This document shows positions 10,970-20,793 of a stretch of DNA of 64,000 nt, one piece after another. The DNA comes from Candidatus Heimdallarchaeum endolithica (GTDB lineage: Archaea > Asgardarchaeota > Heimdallarchaeia > Heimdallarchaeales > Heimdallarchaeaceae). Made by a program: the position numbers and the translations under genes. The stretch is from contig CP084167.1 of NCBI GenBank assembly GCA_021513715.1, positions 2,304,001 to 2,368,000 of the forward strand, read 5' to 3'. The first letter of the stretch is position 1. Each line of letters starts with the position of its first letter. Below the pieces are notes generated by a model. The model did no database searches, was not told where the DNA came from, and was given only the letters and a program-made list of their open reading frames with translations.

Positions 10970-12880
10970 TTGAGTTACAAAGAAGTACTAGACGAAATAT
11001 CAAAAAGCATTAAGAAAGAGTTACCACCAAACTCTGGAGTGACTACTATAGAATTTGAAGGGCCAGAAGTAGCTGTTTACAGTAAGAATCCTCAGATTCT
11101 AGTAGAAGATGAAACCTTAGTTAGAAAACTAGCAAAAAAGCTTCGAAAGAGGATAGTAATTAGATCTGATCCAAAGGTAAGACTTCCAAAAGATGAAGCG
11201 ACATATTTTGTACAGAAATTGATTGGCGAAGAAAGCAATATTACAACTATAGATTTCGATGATAGCCTAGGTGAAATAATAATAGAAGCAGACAAACCAG
11301 GTGTAATAATTGGTAAATCTGGTGAGACTTTAAGAAAAATAATATCAGAAACATTTTGGAGGCCAAGAGTCCAACGTACTCCTCCTATTGAATCAAAAGT
11401 GATTAAAACCATCCGACATGTGTTACAAGAAGACGCAAAGCGAAGGCAAGAAATTTTGCGTATGATAGGTAAAAGGATTCATCGCCCTCTCATTTATCGT
11501 AATGACACAATACGTGTGACAGGTTTAGGTGGATTTAGTGAAGTGGGAAGAAGCTCAGCATTGGTGCAAACTGGAGAATCTAGAGTATTAGTTGATTGTG
11601 GAATTAGTGTGGGGGCGCAAACCCCTCAATATACTTTTCCCAGATTTGATTTTCCTGAATTTGACATAGAAGAGTTGGATGCAGTAGTTGTGTCTCACGC
11701 ACATTTGGATCATTCAGGATTTGTCCCCTATCTATTCAAGTATGGTTATAAGGGTCCAGTATATGCAACTAAACCTACACGTGACTTAATGACAATGTTA
11801 CAAATAGATTATCTAGATGTTGCATCAAAAGAAGGAAAACTCCAACCCTATTCCCAAAAAGAGATTAGAGAAACGGTGCTTCATACAATTGTTTTAGATT
11901 TTAATGAGGTTACTGACATTGCTCCAGACTTAAGGTTAACATTTTATCATGCGGGCCATATAGTTGGAAGTGCTATTCCTCACCTTCATGTGGGAGAAGG
12001 GTTGTATAATATGGCTTTTGCTCAAGATATAAAATATGCGCGTTCAAGGTTATTAGACCCAGCAACAGTGCGTTTTCCAAGATTAGAAACACTGTTTATT
12101 GAGTCTACATATGGAAATCCGAATGATATTTTGCCGACTCGTACAGATAGTGAAAAACAATTAGAAGATGTAATAGTTGAAACTGTTAAACGTGGAGGAA
12201 AAGTCCTTATCCCTGTTCTGGCTGTGGGCAGAGCCCAAGAAATAATATTGGTTCTAGAGGAAATGATGAGAGCAGAAAGGATTCCATTAATACCTGTTTA
12301 TACTGATGGAATGATACGCGAAGCTACTGCTATCGTTTCAGCTCACCCAGAAGCGCTTTCTAAATCTGTTCGTGATAGAATTTTCCATGACGGTGAAAAT
12401 CCATTTTTGGCAGAACAATTTAATCATGTCTCCTCACAAGAAGAAAGAGAACGAATAGTGTTGGGTGATCCAGCAATAATTCTAGCAACAAGCGGGATGC
12501 TAAACGGTGGACCAAGCGTTTACTACTTTAAAGAACTTTGTGAAGACGAGAAAAACGCTTTAGTGTTTGTAAGTTATCAAGGTAAAGGAACTCTGGGTAG
12601 TAGAATACAGAAAGGTATTACAGAGGTACAAATGTTTGAAGATGGAAAAACAATTATGTATCACATTATGATGCAAGTACACAGTATTTCAGGTTTTACA
12701 GGGCATAGCGATAGAAGAGAACTAGAAAATTATATCCGTAAAGTTACACCCAAACCTGAACGATATGTTATGATACATGGAGAATCAACAAAAGTGGTAA
12801 AATTAGCTTCATGGGCATACAAAACTGTAAGAAAAAATTGTCTTTCGCCATCAAATGGAACAACGATTAGATTACATTAA
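10970..12880 (+). CDS. fttA: aCPSF1/FttA beta-CASP ribonuclease and transcription termination factor
   Basis: N-terminal KH domains (IEFEGPE, KPGVIIGKSG), LGGFSEVGRS, SHAHLDHSG, AGHIVGSA, ESTYG, GFTGHSD. Confidence 0.96.
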   Translation: MSYKEVLDEISKSIKKELPPNSGVTTIEFEGPEVAVYSKNPQILVEDETLVRKLAKKLRKRIVIRSDPKVRLPKDEATYFVQKLIGEESNITTIDFDDSLGEIIIEADKPGVIIGKSGETLRKIISETFWRPRVQRTPPIESKVIKTIRHVLQEDAKRRQEILRMIGKRIHRPLIYRNDTIRVTGLGGFSEVGRSSALVQTGESRVLVDCGISVGAQTPQYTFPRFDFPEFDIEELDAVVVSHAHLDHSGFVPYLFKYGYKGPVYATKPTRDLMTMLQIDYLDVASKEGKLQPYSQKEIRETVLHTIVLDFNEVTDIAPDLRLTFYHAGHIVGSAIPHLHVGEGLYNMAFAQDIKYARSRLLDPATVRFPRLETLFIESTYGNPNDILPTRTDSEKQLEDVIVETVKRGGKVLIPVLAVGRAQEIILVLEEMMRAERIPLIPVYTDGMIREATAIVSAHPEALSKSVRDRIFHDGENPFLAEQFNHVSSQEERERIVLGDPAIILATSGMLNGGPSVYYFKELCEDEKNALVFVSYQGKGTLGSRIQKGITEVQMFEDGKTIMYHIMMQVHSISGFTGHSDRRELENYIRKVTPKPERYVMIHGESTKVVKLASWAYKTVRKNCLSPSNGTTIRLH

Positions 12881-12893
12881 TTTTTAATACTCT

Positions 12894-13475
12894 TTATTTT
12901 TCAAAACGTAAATACCAACCCAAATCAAAAGGGCGATGTTTATATCCCTTAATTATTACAGTGTTTGGTGGTGCTGAAGATAATTCATTAGAATCAACTA
13001 GAGCTTTTCCCACACCATAAAATAATCCTGAATCTTTTTTTCCTCTTCCATAGACTGCAAGCCAATTCCCTTTTTTAAACGGTAATGTGTATTCATTAAC
13101 ATTTGCCAAAACAATATCTTTTCCATATAGAAACTGTTTTGTTTTTATAATTAGCCTTTTTTCCATATATTTATTGAAATAAAAACCCCCAGTAATCTCA
13201 AGTTGGAATTGTTTTTCATGTATAATTCCAATGGGATAACCAGCTAGAAATATATTTTTAGTCAATTCTAATGAATTATTACGAATGAACTCTATTGTAT
13301 CTTTTAATTCTTTATTAACAATGTAGACTTCTTTTACTCCTCTCTGTTTTATGAAAATTGATTTGTTATTCATAATTTCCCTTACTTTTGTATCAAATTC
13401 TTTTAATAAAAATGACAAAACGATTTGTTCTTCTTCTTTGCTTGCTTTTTTAAATAAGGTTTCAGTTTTTACCAC
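12894..13475 (-). CDS. NIP7-like PUA-domain ribosome biogenesis protein
   Basis: FLYGKDI...GVG...DLGWYLR; overlaps the NOP2-like gene, a typical pairing. Confidence 0.75.
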   Translation of the reverse strand: MVKTETLFKKASKEEEQIVLSFLLKEFDTKVREIMNNKSIFIKQRGVKEVYIVNKELKDTIEFIRNNSLELTKNIFLAGYPIGIIHEKQFQLEITGGFYFNKYMEKRLIIKTKQFLYGKDIVLANVNEYTLPFKKGNWLAVYGRGKKDSGLFYGVGKALVDSNELSSAPPNTVIIKGYKHRPFDLGWYLRFEK

Positions 13476-14436
13476 TTTCTTTCACCATCTTAGCAATAAA
13501 AAAACCTTCGCCATTAGTTTTATGAGGATATAATCTTACTGCTTTCTTTAGTTCGGGAGAAAAAGAATAATTTGCAAATTTAGTAACTCCTCTTTCAAAG
13601 GAAAATGGAATGTCAACCAATTTTAAGTCATTATCTTTTAGAACTCTGTCAATTACTAATTCATTTTCTTCTGGTTCTAATGAACAAGTGCAATAAACGA
13701 TAGTTCCTCCTTCCTTAAGAGTTTGAATAGCTGCATCTAGAAGTTCTGTTTGTAATTTTGAGTATATTGCTAAATCTTCTTCTTTTTTTGAAGTTTTTCT
13801 TGAGGGGTCATTAATAATTACTCCAGAGCCAGAACAAGGGGCATCTAACAAAATTTTATCAAATTTAATTTTTGATTTAACTATAGCTCTTGCATCGGTG
13901 TTTAGAACAATAGTGTTTTGTACTCCCATGCGAACAATGTTTGAATAAAGAGATGTGCATCTTCTTTTACTTCGTTCTATAGATATAATTTTTCCTTTGT
14001 TTTTCATCAATTGGGCAATGTGAGTTGTTTTTCCTCCTGGAGCAGCAGCAAAATCTCCGATCATTTCATGGGGTTTAGGATCCAAAATAAGAGGGGGGAA
14101 CATTGAATTTTTTCCTTGAACCATATAATAACCATTGAGATATTCAATCGTAGCCCCAATTGAGATTGGTGAGAAAACTATCTCTCGTGCTTCTGGAATA
14201 TCTCTTATCTTTTTGAAAATAATTTTTTTTTGAAGAAGTAGAAAATCAATTTCAGAGAATTGTGTTTTTAAATTATTTAACCTAATTACAGTTTTTAATT
14301 TCTTTTCATTAAATTTTAGAAGTTTGATAGTTTCTTTTTCACCAATAAGTTCTACAAATCGCTGGATCATATAAGGTAAATAACCTAGTTTATTTCCAAG
14401 ATCATAAACATCTGAGTAACTGATTTCATCCAGCAT
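13462..14436 (-). CDS. RsmB/NOL1/NOP2 RNA m5C methyltransferase
   Basis: DFAAAPGGKTTH, ILLDAPCSGSG, VYCTCSLEPEENE, GFFIA. Start moved to the ATG at 14436 because the longer track ORF overlaps the upstream gene. Confidence 0.92.
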   Translation of the reverse strand: MLDEISYSDVYDLGNKLGYLPYMIQRFVELIGEKETIKLLKFNEKKLKTVIRLNNLKTQFSEIDFLLLQKKIIFKKIRDIPEAREIVFSPISIGATIEYLNGYYMVQGKNSMFPPLILDPKPHEMIGDFAAAPGGKTTHIAQLMKNKGKIISIERSKRRCTSLYSNIVRMGVQNTIVLNTDARAIVKSKIKFDKILLDAPCSGSGVIINDPSRKTSKKEEDLAIYSKLQTELLDAAIQTLKEGGTIVYCTCSLEPEENELVIDRVLKDNDLKLVDIPFSFERGVTKFANYSFSPELKKAVRLYPHKTNGEGFFIAKMVKESGKN

Positions 14437-14521
14437 AAATAAATAAACAAACAAACGTAATAATAAGTTTTTGACTATTAGATAATTGGAAGACGGTATT
14501 GAAAAATAAAAGAATAAAATT

Positions 14522-15436
14522 TTATTCAGTTGATAACCTCTTTGCTCTTCTAATTTCAGTAATTGCATCAATTGCTTCAAATCTAACTCGCTCATCAGGA
14601 TCCTTTGTTGAAATTATAATTAACTTGTTAATAGCTTCTTCAGTCTTTAACTCTCTTAGTATATCTATTGATTCCATTTTTATTTTTGGGTTGTTATCAT
14701 CTAAACATTTTAAGCAACATTCAATTATTTGTTCTTTATTCTCAGTTTTAACTGCAACTATTTTATTCAATTCTTGAAGTGCACTCAATTTTACTTCCCA
14801 ATTTTTGTCATCAGTTTGTTCTACTAGCAAAGGTACTGCACTCCTTATCAATCTAAAAGTGATAAATCTTGTAGCAACATCCCGAATAAATGGGTCTGTG
14901 TGTCTAAGAAAAGGTATGACCAATTCTTCAGAGATCTTATCAGATAGTTTTAAACCTATTAAAACTCTTTCTGCTTCATTTTTCACTGCATCATTTTCAT
15001 CTGACAGTGCTTTAAAAAGAGGTTTTATTATCTGTATACTGTCAAAAGAAGCTAATGCTTTTACAGCTTCATATCTTACCTTATCATTTTGATCGAGGAT
15101 TCTTTTTGCAATATATTCAATGCATTGTTCGTCTTTTAACAATGCCAAACTTCTTAGAGCAGAAACTCTTACTTCGTATGAAAGATCATGAAGAGAATCA
15201 ATTAAGGGAAAAAGAGATTTTTTACTACCCATTTTTCCTAACATTTCTGCTGCATAAGCTCTGATTTCTTGTTCATCATCAGATAAGGCTCTAATTAATG
15301 CTTGGATGCTCTCATCTATTTCAGGTTTTTCAGCTAATTGTTCGATGGCTAATAAACGAAGAGCTAGAATTTGATTTTTATCTTTTAATGTATTTATTAG
15401 CTTTGTTATATTATTACTCATACTTATCAATGACAA
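14522..15436 (-). CDS. HEAT-repeat (PBS-lyase HEAT-like) protein
   Basis: Repeated LxD...VRxxAxxALG units of about 31 aa. Confidence 0.88.
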   Translation of the reverse strand: MSLISMSNNITKLINTLKDKNQILALRLLAIEQLAEKPEIDESIQALIRALSDDEQEIRAYAAEMLGKMGSKKSLFPLIDSLHDLSYEVRVSALRSLALLKDEQCIEYIAKRILDQNDKVRYEAVKALASFDSIQIIKPLFKALSDENDAVKNEAERVLIGLKLSDKISEELVIPFLRHTDPFIRDVATRFITFRLIRSAVPLLVEQTDDKNWEVKLSALQELNKIVAVKTENKEQIIECCLKCLDDNNPKIKMESIDILRELKTEEAINKLIIISTKDPDERVRFEAIDAITEIRRAKRLSTE

Positions 15437-15515
15437 TCTCTTTTTATTTTTATAATTCTTTTCTAGGAAAATTACGTTTTTAAAGGGATAAATTGTTTAT
15501 CTCACTGAAGCAAGA

Positions 15516-16547
15516 ATGACAGAAACAGTTTGTGCATATCTATTAGGAGGGGAACCTTATACAAGACAAGAACTTGCAAAAAGATTAGGAAAGAAAGGAA
15601 CATCAAGTGATATATGTCTTTATAACTATTCAAAAGAATTTACCTTGCAAATAGTTGATCCTATACGCTATCCTGACAAACCGTTAACTCTATTTGAAAC
15701 TATTTTTATGGCTGATGTTCCCATAGTTATTATTCCACCAGAAGGGCCTGATATTCACACAGGTGAGTTTTTACTTTTATTATCTGCACTTGGTTATAAA
15801 AATGGGGTTTTTGTTATTGTAAGTGAAAATCAGTATGTTGATATTGTTAATGTTGAGAAAAAAGTGCATAAAATAACAAAAGGATTAATTGTAGAACAGT
15901 ATCCTTTCCTCCATGTTGATATAGCAAAAGGAGAAACTATACAAGAGCTCAGATCTTTAATAAAAGAGAAAGCCATTCAAATCCCTGACTATAAATGGGC
16001 TGATGAAACTCATTCTCGTGTAGATGTAGACCATGTTTTTCCAGTAACTGGGATAGGAACAGTAATACTTGGAAGAGTACGGTCTGGAGAAATTGAAAAA
16101 GGTGATCAAATACATGTTTTTCCTTCAAATAGAACTTCTGTGATTCGATCTATTCAAATTAATGATGTGGATGTAAAAAAGGCAATAAATGGTGATAGAG
16201 TAGGCTTAGCACTTAGGGGGTTGTTACCGAAAGATGTAGAAAGAGGGTATGTACTCTCTAAAAATGTTAGTTGGAATATTTCTAAAGATATTGAAGTTAG
16301 TCTTGAACTGACTCCTTATTCCAAATTACCTGAAGTAGGAAAAACTAGACATATAATTTCGGGTCTACAAGCTATTAGTTCAAAAGTCAAAAGATGTGAA
16401 AAAGAATCTAATGATTCTGAAAATGTATATGAATTAACACTAGAATTAGAAAAACCAATTGTATATTTTCACACAGAGCCTGGAATATTAGTAGATTTAA
16501 ATAGTCGACCAAAAATAATAGGAAAATGTTCCTTTAAGATAAAATGA
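15516..16547 (+). CDS. SelB-like (SelBL) protein with EF-Tu domain II and a degenerate G-domain
   Basis: LGKKGTSSDI; VDHVFPVTGIGTVILG; IRSIQ; RVGLAL; no GxxxxGKT P-loop. Confidence 0.8.
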   Translation: MTETVCAYLLGGEPYTRQELAKRLGKKGTSSDICLYNYSKEFTLQIVDPIRYPDKPLTLFETIFMADVPIVIIPPEGPDIHTGEFLLLLSALGYKNGVFVIVSENQYVDIVNVEKKVHKITKGLIVEQYPFLHVDIAKGETIQELRSLIKEKAIQIPDYKWADETHSRVDVDHVFPVTGIGTVILGRVRSGEIEKGDQIHVFPSNRTSVIRSIQINDVDVKKAINGDRVGLALRGLLPKDVERGYVLSKNVSWNISKDIEVSLELTPYSKLPEVGKTRHIISGLQAISSKVKRCEKESNDSENVYELTLELEKPIVYFHTEPGILVDLNSRPKIIGKCSFKIK

Positions 16548-16550
16548 AAA

Positions 16551-17441
16551 CTAAAGCTTTAGCTCTTCTATTAATATCTGAACAGGTTCATTTTCAAGTT
16601 TAACGTCGTCTGTCAATAGTAAGTCATAAACATAATACACTATGCCTTCAACAGTAGTGTTAGGTCCTAATTTGACAGTAGCAGCTTTAACATCTTTATT
16701 GATATAAGTGTCTTCGATTTCTACTGTTTTTTTAGCAAAAATTGTTCCTTCAATGGTAGATAACTCCCGACGCTTGAATAATCTTATCTCCATAATTCCT
16801 CTCCTACCCTTTATGTATACGTTTTCTCCTACTATATTACCAAAAATTTCTGCTTTTCCTGATAGTGTTATATCTTTTTTTGATAATATATTTCCTTGAA
16901 CTTCTATAGAACCAGATAATTGTACACCTTCATCGGCTTGAACGTTATCTTCAACAAGTATCGAACCAGCCCCTATTAATTGACCTGATAATAATACGTT
17001 TCCTCCAATTTTTGCAGAACCACTGAATTTAGCACCTTTGTCTGAATGAAGAAAACCCTCTGCTTTGAATGACCCTGAACATTTTACAAAACCATGTGCA
17101 GTTATATTTCCGCTGGCCTTTATTGCTCCAGCACATTTTATAGAATTACACTCAATGTCTCCATCAATTTTACCAGAACCTGAAATTCGAATGTCTCTAA
17201 GAATTTTTCCACCAGAAATTTTAGAAGAACCAGCAATAGACAAATCTTTGTCAGTCAATATTTGTGATCCAGAAACTTTGATATCTATTATTGAAGAGGG
17301 ATCCTTTAATGCCTTCTCTAGGCGTTTTTCATATCTCTCCTTTAATTCGTTATAACTCCCCTCATCAATTTCTCCAGATTTATATCTTTTTTCAAGAAGT
17401 TCAAGTAACTCTTTTGTTAGTATTATTTCGTTTTTTGACAT
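16551..17441 (-). CDS. polymer-forming cytoskeletal (bactofilin-like) beta-helix protein with N-terminal SHOCT-like helix pair
   Basis: Repeated [IL]SGSx[KE]IxG[DN]I units; N-terminus LEKRYKSGEIDEGSYNELK. Confidence 0.75.
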   Translation of the reverse strand: MSKNEIILTKELLELLEKRYKSGEIDEGSYNELKERYEKRLEKALKDPSSIIDIKVSGSQILTDKDLSIAGSSKISGGKILRDIRISGSGKIDGDIECNSIKCAGAIKASGNITAHGFVKCSGSFKAEGFLHSDKGAKFSGSAKIGGNVLLSGQLIGAGSILVEDNVQADEGVQLSGSIEVQGNILSKKDITLSGKAEIFGNIVGENVYIKGRRGIMEIRLFKRRELSTIEGTIFAKKTVEIEDTYINKDVKAATVKLGPNTTVEGIVYYVYDLLLTDDVKLENEPVQILIEELKL

Positions 17442-17654
17442 ACTTCATTTCACTATATTAATAGTTGTGATTTAATATAAAATAATTCTTTAAATTCCTT
17501 ATCTCAAAAGATAAAACACAAAGTTGAAAGTATTAACTCGTTGGTTTAACATTTCCTCCTTGTTAATCTCTTTTCGCTAATATAATACAAAAAATAGAGG
17601 AAAGTTTTTTTATTTAAGAATATTTTTAAACTTAAATTACATCATTTATCTGTA

Positions 17655-18089
17655 ATGCAAACTCCGAATTTAGAGGAAACCAAACTTGTAGATACAATAT
17701 TTTCTATTTTTAAAGACATAACTAGGCGAAAGATTCTGTCTATGCTGTTGGAAATAAATAGGACTGCAGATGAAATAACAAAGGAATTGGGTATTAGTAG
17801 ACCAGCAGTTGAAAAACACCTTAAAATGATGCTTGATATTGGCTTAATAGAAAGAAGAGCAGAAACATATCCAACAATGAAATATTTCTATTCTATTCCA
17901 GAGCCAGGTAAAGAATTAATCTCCAATCTCTATGATGATATTGAAACTTTTGTTAGTTCTATGAGAGATGAATATACTAGACGATTAGACCAAGAAGAGC
18001 AGAAATTCATTTTAGGGATGTCAAGTAAAGAACATTATGACGCCATAAAAGTTGTACATGAGAAAATACTGAAAAAGTACATGTTTTAA
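17655..18089 (+). CDS. ArsR-family HTH regulator
   Basis: DITRRKILSML...EITKELGISRPAVEKHLKMM. Confidence 0.88.
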   Translation: MQTPNLEETKLVDTIFSIFKDITRRKILSMLLEINRTADEITKELGISRPAVEKHLKMMLDIGLIERRAETYPTMKYFYSIPEPGKELISNLYDDIETFVSSMRDEYTRRLDQEEQKFILGMSSKEHYDAIKVVHEKILKKYMF

Positions 18090-18136
18090 TAAATCTTTAA
18101 TAGAGATCTTTCTTTTTCGCTAGTAAGTGATGTATA

Positions 18137-18997
18137 ATGTTAGACAAAAAAGAGAGGAGAATTTTTCTAAAATTGCAGAAAGATGAAGCGACAGCTAACT
18201 TAATATATACAAAGATTTCTGTAAAAGAGAAGAATAGCCATAATAAAGAGATTTTAAGGAAAATAGCTGAAGAGGAAAAGAAGCATTATGAGATTCTAAA
18301 GAGTTATACAAAAACAGACGTTCATCCTAATCGTTTTACTATTTTTTTATATTCATTAATATCAATAATATTTGGGATTACATTTTTGGTTAAACTTTTG
18401 GAACGGGGTGAAGATAAAGCACAAGAAAACTATAGAGTGTTTTATGAAAAATATCCTCCTATTCTACCTATTATTGAAGATGAAGAAAATCACGAAATAG
18501 AACTAATATCTATGATTGATGAAGAACGACTAAATTATATGGGGTCAATTGTGTTGGGATTAAACGATGCTTTAGTTGAATTAACTGGAGCTCTAGCGGG
18601 ATTTACGTTTGCTATAAAAACTGGGAGTCTAATAGCTTTAACAGGGTTGATTACAGGTATCTCTGCTGCGCTTTCAATGGGTGCATCAGAATATTTGTCT
18701 AGTAAAACAGAGGGAGATATAAACGCAAAAAAGTCAGCAATTTATACTGGTTTTACTTACCTGATTACCGTTTTTCTTTTAATAATCCCATTTTTCCTTT
18801 TACAGAATCAGTTCATAAGTCTTGCAATAACATTATCTGTTGCAATATTGATTATTGCAGTGTTTAATTACTACATTTCTGTAACAAATGATGAGAAGTT
18901 TATAAAAAAATTTCTGGAAATGGCAGTAATAAGCTTAGGTGTAACACTAATCTCATTTGGAATCGGGTACCTTATTGATAAATTTATTTTAAATTAA
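18137..18997 (+). CDS. rubrerythrin-domain/VIT1-CCC1 iron exporter (MbfA-like)
   Basis: EEKKH and DEENH di-iron motifs; VLGLNDALVE and ALSMGASEYLS VIT1 motifs. Confidence 0.9.
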   Translation: MLDKKERRIFLKLQKDEATANLIYTKISVKEKNSHNKEILRKIAEEEKKHYEILKSYTKTDVHPNRFTIFLYSLISIIFGITFLVKLLERGEDKAQENYRVFYEKYPPILPIIEDEENHEIELISMIDEERLNYMGSIVLGLNDALVELTGALAGFTFAIKTGSLIALTGLITGISAALSMGASEYLSSKTEGDINAKKSAIYTGFTYLITVFLLIIPFFLLQNQFISLAITLSVAILIIAVFNYYISVTNDEKFIKKFLEMAVISLGVTLISFGIGYLIDKFILN

Positions 18998-19009
18998 AAA
19001 AAAGAAAAA

Positions 19010-20623
19010 TCATTTTCTTTTTTTCTTTTTTACTACAATTGCAGATATTAAAATACTTAATGAAATACAAATAATGCTCGCTCCTGGCGTTTTTTGTAGT
19101 GTTGTATTATCTGTTGGTGTAGTATTGTTAACATTGTTTATTTGTAAATCAATATCTAATAGGAATTCAATTGTTGACCAAATTAAATCCTTGTTATCTC
19201 TATCTGAAAGACCAAAATCATAGTTTGACCATGTTGTTGTCCCAAAAAGTGCAAGACTTGAATCTCCATCCAATTCTACTGCGGCAAGAGGAATGCTTGT
19301 TCCACCTACGTTGTCATCTGTATTATCATAAATTATATCTGGGGCAGGAGGATTTTGATCACTTTGATAAAAGGTTTCTTCACCAAAGATTAACCAGTGT
19401 ACTGAAGAAGATTCTTCTGCAGTATACAATGAAGTTGGAGAGAAAAATTGTACTTTCTTGGTTAAATTACCAACTATTTGAGCAGCTATTGGGTCATCAT
19501 CATTAAACTCGTCTGTTTGACAGTACCACGGTTTATAGAATTCGGGATCAGCTGGTGTTGTATATATATTATCATCATTTATTCTTAATTCAGAGTTTAT
19601 TGCACCTAAAAGTTCATTTAATGTTCCTCTACTAGCATTAGAAAAATCCCCCCTGCTACTAATTAGAAGATGTCCTCCCGAGGAGTACCAATTGCTTATT
19701 GTGCTTATTTCTGTTGTGCTAAAATTTCTATAAGGAGCTGTTATAACTAGTAAATCGATATCTGATAAGCTATTCTCACTGATTTCTGCTTCATTATATA
19801 GCATCTCTACAACATCTCGATTAAGAGTATCAAAAAAACTAGTCAATGTTGATAAACTATAATCATTATCATGATATCTGTCAACTAGTATTGTAGCAAC
19901 ATTTTCCCTGATCTCAACATCTGGGGGTGTAAAATCTTCTAGTGTATATTCCCAGATTTTCAAGGTTGCTCCTATTGCTCTCCCTAACTGTTCTTCTGTT
20001 ATGGTTTTTATTGTGTTATTTGTAATTATTACATCAGTTTCACTACCTGTAGGATAAGCATTTCTTATTGCCCAATAATACTGGTGAGCATAAGTAGCAC
20101 ATTCTATGGCGAAATCTACTGGGTCATCAAAATCGTCAAAAGAATAAACTGTTACATTTAACTCGTTTAAGTGATTATTAATGTCTGTTTCATAAGCTGG
20201 ATGCCCGTCCCAATATTCGTCTGTATGAACAGGGATATTAATATCTGAAATATAATGAGAGAGAATACCTAAAAGCCAAAAAATAGTCTCCCAATCTTCA
20301 TTGTTTGTGATATTTGACCTTATCCCATAAATTGTGTTATTAATATGCCATGGAGCATTATTTTCACCAGTAATAGGATAATATAAGTGATTTTGCCAAT
20401 CTTGTAAGACTTGATCTGGATATGTACTACCAGAAACAATTTCAGGTAAATAATAAGAAAAAGCTTCTTTCCAATCATCAGAAACAACATTTGATGCTTC
20501 TCTGACAATAAACTGATGTGTTGCCAATCCCCACCCATTAACTTGAGTAGAAGTCATTTTAAACAGAATCCCACTGGAAAATACTAATAAAATAATAAAT
20601 ATTCCAAAATTCTTCTTTTTCAT
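19010..20623 (-). CDS. secreted Zn-dependent phospholipase C/S1-P1-like domain fused to a DUF4350/GIFT-like domain, C-terminally anchored
   Basis: Signal peptide then WGLATH, PD, NH, LGILSHYISDINIPVHT, HPAYE; second domain ILVDRYH...DLLVITAP...GGHLLI; C-terminal TPG+TM+KKKKRK. Confidence 0.75.
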   Translation of the reverse strand: MKKKNFGIFIILLVFSSGILFKMTSTQVNGWGLATHQFIVREASNVVSDDWKEAFSYYLPEIVSGSTYPDQVLQDWQNHLYYPITGENNAPWHINNTIYGIRSNITNNEDWETIFWLLGILSHYISDINIPVHTDEYWDGHPAYETDINNHLNELNVTVYSFDDFDDPVDFAIECATYAHQYYWAIRNAYPTGSETDVIITNNTIKTITEEQLGRAIGATLKIWEYTLEDFTPPDVEIRENVATILVDRYHDNDYSLSTLTSFFDTLNRDVVEMLYNEAEISENSLSDIDLLVITAPYRNFSTTEISTISNWYSSGGHLLISSRGDFSNASRGTLNELLGAINSELRINDDNIYTTPADPEFYKPWYCQTDEFNDDDPIAAQIVGNLTKKVQFFSPTSLYTAEESSSVHWLIFGEETFYQSDQNPPAPDIIYDNTDDNVGGTSIPLAAVELDGDSSLALFGTTTWSNYDFGLSDRDNKDLIWSTIEFLLDIDLQINNVNNTTPTDNTTLQKTPGASIICISLSILISAIVVKKKKRK

Positions 20624-20793
20624 GTAAACAATTTACAGTTATAAACTATATCTGTTTTTCTATCTAAGGTGCTCAAATAATAAGGAACGTTCTTATTGTT
20701 TATAATAAAATGAAATTTTGAACAGTTTTATTGCTGAGACAATAAGAACTATTATAAAAGATTAAGTGAACATTTTTTCAGAAACAAATTCCG

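Noticed and set aside
14437-14595. N-terminal extension of the NOP2-like ORF
   Set aside because: It overlaps the HEAT gene end and its T-rich terminator; the ATG at 14436 is more plausible.
15516-16547. True SelB / selenocysteine machinery
   Set aside because: There is no GTPase P-loop, and no other sel genes or tRNA-Sec in the window.
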